In this document: positions 42,271 through 54,800 of the stretch, in pieces
Layout: every line of letters begins with the position of its first letter
Position numbering within the stretch: the first letter of the stretch is position 1
Assembly: GCA_964057225.1 (NCBI GenBank)
Contig: OZ059900.1
Location: 10,664,001 to 10,728,000, forward strand
DNA length: 64,000 bases
From: Auanema rhodensis
Lineage: Eukaryota > Animalia > Nematoda
Reading direction: 5' to 3'
Notes under the pieces: model-generated
Databases searched by the model: none
Told to the model about the DNA's origin: nothing
Seen by the model: only the letters and a program-made list of their open reading frames with translations
Translations under genes and position numbers: made by a program

Positions 42271-42790
42271 GTTTCAAAATAAACGATTACCTGCAATATA
42301 GTAATGCAAATTTAAAAGTTGAATTCGAGATTGAATATTCTAGAAAAGAAGAGAAAAATTTGTAATTGAAAAAGAATTTTTATTTTGACAATCATATTTC
42401 CAGCTGGCTATTTATACTAAGACAGTCCACGTCATACTTCTAATAAAAACCATATGGGACCTTTGTATGTTAATATCCTTCTTGAAAGAAGAAATAATTC
42501 AATTGAATTTCTAGCTTTGATTAATTTGAGGATTACTAACCAAATAATGAGAATATTGTTTTTAGACGAAAATATGATCGGTTTTGAATACATTATAGTG
42601 ATATAGTTGAACTATTCTACTATCCCGTTTCAAAATTAACAACTTTAAAACCATGTCGATACTTTAATTTTGCATATCTCTAACTACATTTTTTCATATA
42701 CGGGGACAATATAGTAATGTAATGTTCATAACTACTTTTTACTCAAGCAATACAATAGTGTTCATAACCAAACAGACAAACACGAAATTC

Positions 42791-42819
42791 CTTTGGTTCA
42801 GGCTCAGCCTTTGATAACA
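42791..42819. other. Candidate programmed-DNA-elimination break / telomere-addition motif (SFE-like palindrome)
   Basis: CTTTGGTTC-AGGC-TCA-GCCT-TT-GAT-AACA: an AGGC-N3-GCCT palindrome centred at 42805, ~35 bp before the first satellite monomer. TCAGGC (42798-42803) is a 5/6 match to the nematode telomere repeat TTAGGC. Confidence 0.55.
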
Positions 42820-42849
42820 TTGAATTTTTCAAATACCGAAAATTGATGC

Positions 42850-45800
42850 ACATTGAAAAGTATAGTTCAAAATCAATACAAGGGTATTCAGAACATTTAT
42901 GCAACCTGAATAATGTGAACACTTATTAATATGTTTCTTTGTGTTTTTTTGAACTTGCATAATGCTTATGCATAGAAAGGTGCTATAGCACCGTGCTACG
43001 GCATGAACATTGAAAAGTATAGTTCAAAATCAATACAAGGGTATTCAGAAAATTTATGCAACCTGAATAGTGTGAACACTTATTAATATGTTTCTTTGTG
43101 TTTTTTTGAACTTGCATACGTTGTATCCTCTCAATACTTATGCATGGGAAGGCGGCACCGTGCTTGAGCACCGTGCTGTTTCTTTGTGTTTTTTGAACTT
43201 GCAGAATGCTTATGCATAGAAAGGTGCTATAGCACCGTGCTACGGCATGAACATTGAAAAGTATAGTTCAAAATCAATACAAGGGTATTCAGAACATTTA
43301 TGCAACCTGAATAATGTGAACACTTATTAATATGTTTCTTTGTGTTTTTTTGAACTTGCATACGTTGTATCCTCTCAATACTTATGCATGGGAAGGCGGC
43401 ACCGTGCTTGAGCACCGTGCTGTTTCTTTGTGTTTTTTGAACTTGCAGAATGCTTATGCATAGAAAGGTGCTATAGCACCGTGCTACGGCATGAACATTG
43501 AAAAGTATAGTTCAAAATCAATACAAGGGTATTCAGAATATTTATGCAACCTGAATAATGTGAACACTTATTAATATGTTTCTTTGTGTTTTTTTGAACT
43601 TGCATACGTTGTATCCTCTCAATACTTATGCATGGGAAGGCGGCACCGTGCTTGAGCACCGTGCTGTTTCTTTGTGTTTTTTGAACTTGCAGAATGCTTA
43701 TGCATAGAAAGGTGCTATAGCACCGTGCTACGGCATGAACATTGAAAAGCATAGTTCAAAATCAATACAAGGGTATTCAGAACATTTATGCAACCTGAAT
43801 AATGTGAACACTTATTAAAATATTTCTTTGTGTTTTTTTTGGAACTTGCATACATTGTATCCTTAGAATGCTTATGCATGGGAAGGTGGCACCGTGCTTG
43901 AGCACCGTGCTGTTTCTTTGTGTTTTTTGAACTTGCAGAATGCTTATGCATAGAAAGGTGCTATAGCACCGTGCTACGGCATGAACATTGAAAAGTATAG
44001 TTCAAAATCAATACAAGGGTATTCAGAACATTTATGCAACCTGAATAATGTGAACACTTATTAAAATATTTCTTTGTGTTTTTTTTGGAACTTGCATACA
44101 TTGTATCCTTAGAATGCTTATGCATGGGAAGGTGGCACCGTGCTACGGCTTGAACATTGAAAAGTATAGTTCAAAATCAATACAAGGGTATTCAGAACAT
44201 TTATGCAACCTGAATAATGTGAACACTTATTAATATGTTTCTTTGTGTTTTTTTGAACTTGCAGAATGCTTATGCATAGAAAGGTGCTATAGCACCGTGC
44301 TACGGCATGAACATTGAAAAGTATAGTTCAAAATCAATACAAGGGTATTCAGAAAATTTATGCAACCTGAATAGTGTGAACACTTATTAATATGTTTCTT
44401 TGTGTTTTTTTGAACTTGCATACGTTGTATCCTCTCAATACTTATGCATGGGAAGGCGGCACCGTGCTTGAGCACCGTGCTGTTTCTTTGTGTTTTTTGA
44501 ACTTGCAGAATGCTTATGCATAGAAAGGTGCTATAGCACCGTGCTACGGCATGAACATTGAAAAGTATAGTTCAAAATCAATACAAGGGTATTCAGAACA
44601 TTTATGCAACCTGAATAATGTGAACACTTATTAATATGTTTCTTTGTGTTTTTTTGAACTTGCATACGTTGTATCCTCTCAATACTTATGCATGGGAAGG
44701 CGGCACCGTGCTTGAGCACCGTGCTGTTTCTTTGTGTTTTTTGAACTTGCAGAATGCTTATGCATAGAAAGGTGCTATAGCACCGTGCTACGGCATGAAC
44801 ATTGAAAAGTATAGTTCAAAATCAATACAAGGGTATTCAGAATATTTATGCAACCTGAATAATGTGAACACTTATTAATATGTTTCTTTGTGTTTTTTTG
44901 AACTTGCATACGTTGTATCCTCTCAATACTTATGCATGGGAAGGCGGCACCGTGCTTGAGCACCGTGCTGTTTCTTTGTGTTTTTTGAACTTGCAGAATG
45001 CTTATGCATAGAAAGGTGCTATAGCACCGTGCTACGGCATGAACATTGAAAAGCATAGTTCAAAATCAATACAAGGGTATTCAGAATATTTATGCAACCT
45101 GAATAGTGTGAACACTTATTAATATGTTTCTTTGTGTTTTTTTGAACTTGCATACGTTGTATCCTCTCAATACTTATGCATGGGAAGGCGGCACCGTGCT
45201 TGAGCACCGTGCTGTTTCTTTGTGTTTTTTGAACTTGCAGAATGCTTATGCATAGAAAGGTGCTATAGCACCGTGCTACGGCATGAACATTGAAAAGTAT
45301 AGTTCAAAATCAATACAAGGGTATTCAGAACATTTATGCAACCTGAATAATGTGAACACTTATTAAAATATTTCTTTGTGTTTTTTTTGGAACTTGCATA
45401 CATTGTATCCTTAGAATGCTTATGCATGGGAAGGTGGCACCGTGCTACGGCTTGAACATTGAAAAGTATAGTTCAAAATCAATACAAGGGTATTCAGAAC
45501 ATTTATGCAACCTGAATAATGTGAACACTTATTAATATGTTTCTTTGTGTTTTTTTGAACTTGCAGAATGCTTATGCATAGAAAGGTGCTATAGCACCGT
45601 GCTACGGCATGAACATTGAAAAGTATAGTTCAAAATCAATACAAGGGTATTCAGAACATTTATGCAACCTGAATAATGTGAACACTTATTAATATGTTTC
45701 TTTGTGTTTTTTTGAACTTGCAGAATGCTTATGCATAGGGAGGTGCTATAGCACCGTGCTACGGCATGAACATTGAAAAGTATAGTTCAAAATCAATACA

Positions 45801-48800
45801 AGGGTATTCAGAACATTTATGCAACCTGAATAATGTGAACACTTATTAATATGTTTCTTTGTGTTTTTTTGAACTTGCAGAATGCTTATGCATAGGGAGG
45901 TGCTATAGCACCGTGCTACGGCATGAACATTGAAAAGTATAGTTCAAAATCAATACAAGGGTATTCAGAACATTTATGCAACCTGAATAATGTGAACACT
46001 TATTAATATGTTTCTTTGTGTTTTTTTGAACTTGCATACGTTGTATCCTCTCAATACTTATGCATGGGAAGGCGGCACCGTGCTTGAGCACCGTGCTGTT
46101 TCTTTGTGTTTTTTGAACTTGCAGAATGCTTATGCATAGAAAGGTGCTATAGCACCGTGCTACGGCATGAACATTGAAAAGTATAGTTCAAAATCAATAC
46201 AAGGGTATTCAGAACATTTATGCAACCTGAATAATGTGAACACTTATTAATATGTTTCTTTGTGTTTTTTTGAACTTGCATACGTTGTATCCTCTCAATA
46301 CTTATGCATGGGAAGGCGGCACCGTGCTTGAGCACCGTGCTGTTTCTTTGTGTTTTTTGAACTTGCAGAATGCTTATGCATAGAAAGGTGCTATAGCACC
46401 GTGCTACGGCATGAACATTGAAAAGTATAGTTCAAAATCAATACAAGGGTATTCAGAATATTTATGCAACCTGAATAATGTGAACACTTATTAATATGTT
46501 TCTTTGTGTTTTTTTGAACTTGCATACGTTGTATCCTCTCAATACTTATGCATGGGAAGGCGGCACCGTGCTTGAGCACCGTGCTGTTTCTTTGTGTTTT
46601 TTGAACTTGCAGAATGCTTATGCATAGAAAGGTGCTATAGCACCGTGCTACGGCATGAACATTGAAAAGCATAGTTCAAAATCAATACAAGGGTATTCAG
46701 AATATTTATGCAACCTGAATAGTGTGAACACTTATTAATATGTTTCTTTGTGTTTTTTTGAACTTGCATACGTTGTATCCTCTCAATACTTATGCATGGG
46801 AAGGCGGCACCGTGCTTGAGCACCGTGCTGTTTCTTTGTGTTTTTTGAACTTGCAGAATGCTTATGCATAGAAAGGTGCTATAGCACCGTGCTACGGCAT
46901 GAACATTGAAAAGTATAGTTCAAAATCAATACAAGGGTATTCAGAACATTTATGCAACCTGAATAATGTGAACACTTATTAAAATATTTCTTTGTGTTTT
47001 TTTTGGAACTTGCATACATTGTATCCTTAGAATGCTTATGCATGGGAAGGTGGCACCGTGCTACGGCTTGAACATTGAAAAGTATAGTTCAAAATCAATA
47101 CAAGGGTATTCAGAACATTTATGCAACCTGAATAATGTGAACAATTATTAATATGTTTCTTTGTGTTTTTTTGAACTTGCAGAATGCTTATGCATAGGGA
47201 GGTGCTATAGCACCGTGCTACGGCATGAACATTGAAAAGTATAGTACAAAATCAATACAAGGGTATTCAGAACATTTATGCAACCTGAATAATGTGAACA
47301 CTTATTAATATGTTTCTTTGTGTTTTTTTGAACTTGCAGAATGCTTATGCATAGGGAGGTGCTATAGCACCGTGCTACGGCATGAACATTGAAAAGTATA
47401 GTTCAAAATCAATACAAGGGTATTCAGAACATTTATGCAACCTGAATAATGTGAACACTTATTAAAATATTTCTTTGTGTTTTTTTTGGAACTTGCATAC
47501 ATTGTATCCTTAGAATGCTTATGCATGGGAAGGTGGCACCGTGCTACGGCTTGAACATTGAAAAGTATAGTTCAAAATCAATACAAGGGTATTCAGAACA
47601 TTTATGCAACCTGAATAATGTGAACACTTATTAATATGTTTCTTTGTGTTTTTTTGAACTTGCAGAATGCTTATGCATAGGGAGGTGCTATAGCACCGTG
47701 CTACGGCATGAACATTGAAAAGTATAGTTCAAAATCAATACAAGGGTATTCAGAACATTTATGCAACCTGAATAATGTGAACACTTATTAATATGTTTCT
47801 TTGTGTTTTTTTGAACTTGCAGAATGCTTATGCATAGGGAGGTGCTATAGCACCGTGCTACGGCATGAACATTGAAAAGTATAGTTCAAAATCAATACAA
47901 GGGTATTCAGAACATTTATGCAACCTGAATAATGTGAACACTTATTAATATGTTTCTTTGTGTTTTTTTGAACTTGCATACGTTGTATCCTCTCAATACT
48001 TATGCATGGGAAGGCGGCACCGTGCTTGAGCACCGTGCTGTTTCTTTGTGTTTTTTGAACTTGCAGAATGCTTATGCATAGAAAGGTGCTATAGCACCGT
48101 GCTACGGCATGAACATTGAAAAGTATAGTTCAAAATCAATACAAGGGTATTCAGAACATTTATGCAACCTGAATAATGTGAACACTTATTAATATGTTTC
48201 TTTGTGTTTTTTTGAACTTGCATACGTTGTATCCTCTCAATACTTATGCATGGGAAGGCGGCACCGTGCTTGAGCACCGTGCTGTTTCTTTGTGTTTTTT
48301 GAACTTGCAGAATGCTTATGCATAGAAAGGTGCTATAGCACCGTGCTACGGCATGAACATTGAAAAGTATAGTTCAAAATCAATACAAGGGTATTCAGAA
48401 TATTTATGCAACCTGAATAATGTGAACACTTATTAATATGTTTCTTTGTGTTTTTTTGAACTTGCATACGTTGTATCCTCTCAATACTTATGCATGGGAA
48501 GGCGGCACCGTGCTTGAGCACCGTGCTGTTTCTTTGTGTTTTTTGAACTTGCAGAATGCTTATGCATAGAAAGGTGCTATAGCACCGTGCTACGGCATGA
48601 ACATTGAAAAGTATAGTTCAAAATCAATACAAGGGTATTCAGAATATTTATGCAACCTGAATAGTGTGAACACTTATTAATATGTTTCTTTGTGTTTTTT
48701 TGAACTTGCATACGTTGTATCCTCTCAATACTTATGCATGGGAAGGCGGCACCGTGCTTGAGCACCGTGCTGTTTCTTTGTGTTTTTTGAACTTGCAGAA

Positions 48801-51800
48801 TGCTTATGCATAGAAAGGTGCTATAGCACCGTGCTACGGCATGAACATTGAAAAGTATAGTTCAAAATCAATACAAGGGTATTCAGAACATTTATGCAAC
48901 CTGAATAATGTGAACACTTATTAAAATATTTCTTTGTGTTTTTTTTGGAACTTGCATACATTGTATCCTTAGAATGCTTATGCATGGGAAGGTGGCACCG
49001 TGCTACGGCTTGAACATTGAAAAGTATAGTTCAAAATCAATACAAGGGTATTCAGAACATTTATGCAACCTGAATAATGTGAACACTTATTAATATGTTT
49101 CTTTGTGTTTTTTTGAACTTGCAGAATGCTTATGCATAGAAAGGTGCTATAGCACCGTGCTACGGCATGAACATTGAAAAGTATAGTTCAAAATCAATAC
49201 AAGGGTATTCAGAAAATTTATGCAACCTGAATAATGTGAACACTTATTAATATGTTTCTTTGTGTTTTTTTGAACTTGCAGAATGCTTATGCATAGGGAG
49301 GTGCTATAGCACCGTGCTACGGCATGAACATTGAAAAGTATAGTTCAAAATCAATACAAGGGTATTCAGAACATTTATGCAACCTGAATAATGTGAACAC
49401 TTATTAATATGTTTCTTTGTGTTTTTTTGAACTTGCAGAATGCTTATGCATAGAAAGGTGCTATAGCACCGTGCTACGGCATGAACATTGAAAAGTATAG
49501 TTCAAAATCAATACAAGGGTATTCAGAAAATTTATGCAACCTGAATAATGTGAACACTTATTAATATGTTTCTTTGTGTTTTTTTGAACTTGCAGAATGC
49601 TTATGCATAGAAAGGTGCTATAGCACCGTGCTACGGCATGAACATTGAAAAGTATAGTTCAAAATCAATACAAGGGTATTCAGAAAATTTATGCAACCTG
49701 AATAGTGTGAACACTTATTAATATGTTTCTTTGTGTTTTTTTGAACTTGCATACGTTGTATCCTCTCAATACTTATGCATGGGAAGGCGGCACCGTGCTT
49801 GAGCACCGTGCTGTTTCTTTGTGTTTTTTGAACTTGCAGAATGCTTATGCATAGAAAGGTGCTATAGCACCGTGCTACGGCATGAACATTGAAAAGTATA
49901 GTTCAAAATCAATACAAGGGTATTCAGAACATTTATGCAACCTGAATAATGTGAACACTTATTAAAATATTTCTTAGTGTTTTTTTTGGAACTTGCATAC
50001 ATTGTATCCTCGGAATGCTTATGCATGGGAAGGTGGCACCGTGCTACGGCTTGAACATTGAAAAGTATAGTTCAAAATCAATACAAGGGTATTCAGAACA
50101 TTTATGCAACCTGAATAATGTGAACACTTATTAATATGTTTCTTTGTGTTTTTTTGAACTTGCAGAATGCTTATGCATAGAAAGGTGCTATAGCACCGTG
50201 CTACGGCATGAACATTGAAAAGTATAGTTCAAAATCAATACAAGGGTATTCAGAACATTTATGCAACCTGAATAATGTGAACACTTATTAATATGTTTCT
50301 TTGTGTTTTTTTGAACTTGCAGAATGCTTATGCATAGAAAGGTGCTATAGCACCGTGCTACGGCATGAACATTGAAAAGTATAGTTCAAAATCAATACAA
50401 GGGTATTCAGAATATTTATGCAACCTGAATAGTGTGAACACTTATTAATATGTTTCTTTGTGTTTTTTTGAACTTGCATACGTTGTATCCTCTCAATACT
50501 TATGCATGGGAAGGCGGCACCGTGCTTGAGCACCGTGCTGTTTCTTTGTGTTTTTTGAACTTGCAGAATGCTTATGCATAGAAAGGTGCTATAGCACCGT
50601 GCTACGGCATGAACATTGAAAAGTATAGTTCAAAATCAATACAAGGGTATTCAGAACATTTATGCAACCTGAATAATGTGAACACTTATTAAAATATTTC
50701 TTTGTGTTTTTTTTGGAACTTGCATACATTGTATCCTTAGAATGCTTATGCATGGGAAGGTGGCACCGTGCTACGGCTTGAACATTGAAAAGTATAGTTC
50801 AAAATCAATACAAGGGTATTCAGAACATTTATGCAACCTGAATAATGTGAACACTTATTAATATGTTTCTTTGTGTTTTTTTGAACTTGCAGAATGCTTA
50901 TGCATAGAAAGGTGCTATAGCACCGTGCTACGGCATGAACATTGAAAAGTATAGTTCAAAATCAATACAAGGGTATTCAGAAAATTTATGCAACCTGAAT
51001 AATGTGAACACTTATTAATATGTTTCTTTGTGTTTTTTTGAACTTGCAGAATGCTTATGCATAGGGAGGTGCTATAGCACCGTGCTACGGCATGAACATT
51101 GAAAAGTATAGTTCAAAATCAATACAAGGGTATTCAGAACATTTATGCAACCTGAATAATGTGAACACTTATTAATATGTTTCTTTGTGTTTTTTTGAAC
51201 TTGCAGAATGCTTATGCATAGAAAGGTGCTATAGCACCGTGCTACGGCATGAACATTGAAAAGTATAGTTCAAAATCAATACAAGGGTATTCAGAAAATT
51301 TATGCAACCTGAATAATGTGAACACTTATTAATATGTTTCTTTGTGTTTTTTTGAACTTGCAGAATGCTTATGCATAGAAAGGTGCTATAGCACCGTGCT
51401 ACGGCATGAACATTGAAAAGTATAGTTCAAAATCAATACAAGGGTATTCAGAAAATTTATGCAACCTGAATAGTGTGAACACTTATTAATATGTTTCTTT
51501 GTGTTTTTTTGAACTTGCATACGTTGTATCCTCTCAATACTTATGCATGGGAAGGCGGCACCGTGCTTGAGCACCGTGCTGTTTCTTTGTGTTTTTTGAA
51601 CTTGCAGAATGCTTATGCATAGAAAGGTGCTATAGCACCGTGCTACGGCATGAACATTGAAAAGTATAGTTCAAAATCAATACAAGGGTATTCAGAACAT
51701 TTATGCAACCTGATTAATGTGAACACTTATTAATATGTTTCTTTGTGTTTTTTTGAACTTGCAGAATGCTTATGCATAGAAAGGTGCTATAGCACCGTGC

Positions 51801-54800
51801 TACGGCATGAACATTGAAAAGTATAGTTCAAAATCAATACAAGGGTATTCAGAACATTTATGCAACCTGAATAATGTGAACACTTATTAATATGTTTCTT
51901 TGTGTTTTTTTGAACTTGCAGAATGCTTATGCATAGGGAGGTGCTATAGCACCGTGCTACGGCATGAACATTGAAAAGTATAGTTCAAAATCAATACAAG
52001 GGTATTCAGAACATTTATGCAACCTGAATAATGTGAACACTTATTAATATGTTTCTTTGTGTTTTTTTGAACTTGCAGAATGCTTATGCATAGAAAGGTG
52101 CTATAGCACCGTGCTACGGCATGAACATTGAAAAGTATAGTTCAAAATCAATACAAGGGTATTCAGAACATTTATGCAACCTGAATAATGTGAACACTTA
52201 TTAATATGTTTCTTTGTGTTTTTTTGAACTTGCAGAATGCTTATGCATAGAAAGGTGCTATAGCACCGTGCTACGGCATGAACATTGAAAAGTATAGTTC
52301 AAAATCAATACAAGGGTATTCAGAAAATTTATGCAACCTGAATAGTGTGAACACTTATTAATATGTTTCTTTGTGTTTTTTTGAACTTGCATACGTTGTA
52401 TCCTCTCAATACTTATGCATGGGAAGGCGGCACCGTGCTTGAGCACCGTGCTGTTTCTTTGTGTTTTTTGAACTTGCAGAATGCTTATGCATAGAAAGGT
52501 GCTATAGCACCGTGCTACGGCATGAACATTGAAAAGTATAGTTCAAAATCAATACAAGGGTATTCAGAACATTTATGCAACCTGAATAATGTGAACACTT
52601 ATTAAAATATTTCTTTGTGTTTTTTTTGGAACTTGCATACATTGTATCCTTAGAATGCTTATGCATGGGAAGGTGGCACCGTGCTACGGCTTGAACATTG
52701 AAAAGTATAGTTCAAAATCAATACAAGGGTATTCAGAACATTTATGCAACCTGATTAATGTGAACACTTATTAATATGTTTCTTTGTGTTTTTTTGAACT
52801 TGCAGAATGCTTATGCATAGAAAGGTGCTATAGCACCGTGCTACGGCATGAACATTGAAAAGTATAGTTCAAAATCAATACAAGGGTATTCAGAACATTT
52901 ATGCAACCTGAATAATGTGAACACTTATTAATATGTTTCTTTGTGTTTTTTTGAACTTGCAGAATGCTTATGCATAGGGAGGTGCTATAGCACCGTGCTA
53001 CGGCATGAACATTGAAAAGTATAGTTCAAAATCAATACAAGGGTATTCAGAACATTTATGCAACCTGAATAATGTGAACACTTATTAATATGTTTCTTTG
53101 TGTTTTTTTGAACTTGCAGAATGCTTATGCATAGGGAGGTGCTATAGCACCGTGCTACGGCATGAACATTGAAAAGTATAGTTCAAAATCAATACAAGGG
53201 TATTCAGAACATTTATGCAACCTGAATAATGTGAACACTTATTAATATGTTTCTTTGTGTTTTTTTGAACTTGCAGAATGCTTATGCATAGGGAGGTGCT
53301 ATAGCACCGTGCTACGGCATGAACATTGAAAAGTATAGTTCAAAATCAATACAAGGGTATTCAGAACATTTATGCAACCTGAATAATGTGAACACTTATT
53401 AATATGTTTCTCTGTGTTTTTTTTTGAACTTGCAGAATGCTTATGCATAGGGAGGTGCTATAGCACCGTGCTACGGCATGAACATTGAAAAGTATAGTTC
53501 AAAATCAATACAAGGGTATTCAGAACATTTATGCAACCTGAATAATGTGAACACTTATTAATATGTTTCTTTGTGTTTTTTTGAACTTGCAGAATGCTTA
53601 TGCATAGAAAGGTGCTATAGCACCGTGCTACGGCATGAACATTGAAAAGTATAGTTCAAAATCAATACAAGGGTATTCAGAAAATTTATGCAACCTGAAT
53701 AGTGTGAACACTTATTAATATGTTTCTTTGTGTTTTTTTGAACTTGCATACGTTGTATCCTCTCAATACTTATGCATGGGAAGGCGGCACCGTGCTTGAG
53801 CACCGTGCTGTTTCTTTGTGTTTTTTGAACTTGCAGAATGCTTATGCATAGAAAGGTGCTATAGCACCGTGCTACGGCATGAACATTGAAAAGTATAGTT
53901 CAAAATCAATACAAGGGTATTCAGAACATTTATGCAACCTGAATAATGTGAACACTTATTAATATGTTTCTTTGTGTTTTTTTGAACTTGCATACGTTGT
54001 ATCCTCTCAATACTTATGCATGGGAAGGCGGCACCGTGCTTGAGCACCGTGCTGTTTCTTTGTGTTTTTTGAACTTGCAGAATGCTTATGCATAGAAAGG
54101 TGCTATAGCACCGTGCTACGGCATGAACATTGAAAAGTATAGTTCAAAATCAATACAAGGGTATTCAGAACATTTATGCAACCTGAATAATGTGAACACT
54201 TATTAATATGTTTCTTTGTGTTTTTTTGAACTTGCATACGTTGTATCCTCTCAATACTTATGCATGGGAAGGCGGCACCGTGCTTGAGCACCGTGCTGTT
54301 TCTTTGTGTTTTTTGAACTTGCAGAATGCTTATGCATAGAAAGGTGCTATAGCACCGTGCTACGGCATGAACATTGAAAAGTATAGTTCAAAATCAATAC
54401 AAGGGTATTCAGAACATTTATGCAACCTGAATAATGTGAACACTTATTAATATGTTTCTTTGTGTTTTTTTGAACTTGCAGAATGCTTATGCATAGGGAG
54501 GTGCTATAGCACCGTGCTACGGCATGAACATTGAAAAGTATAGTTCAAAATCAATACAAGGGTATTCAGAACATTTATGCAACCTGAATAATGTGAACAC
54601 TTATTAATATGTTTCTTTGTGTTTTTTTGAACTTGCAGAATGCTTATGCATAGGGAGGTGCTATAGCACCGTGCTACGGCATGAACATTGAAAAGTATAG
54701 TTCAAAATCAATACAAGGGTATTCAGAACATTTATGCAACCTGAATAATGTGAACACTTATTAATATGTTTCTTTGTGTTTTTTTGAACTTGCAGAATGC

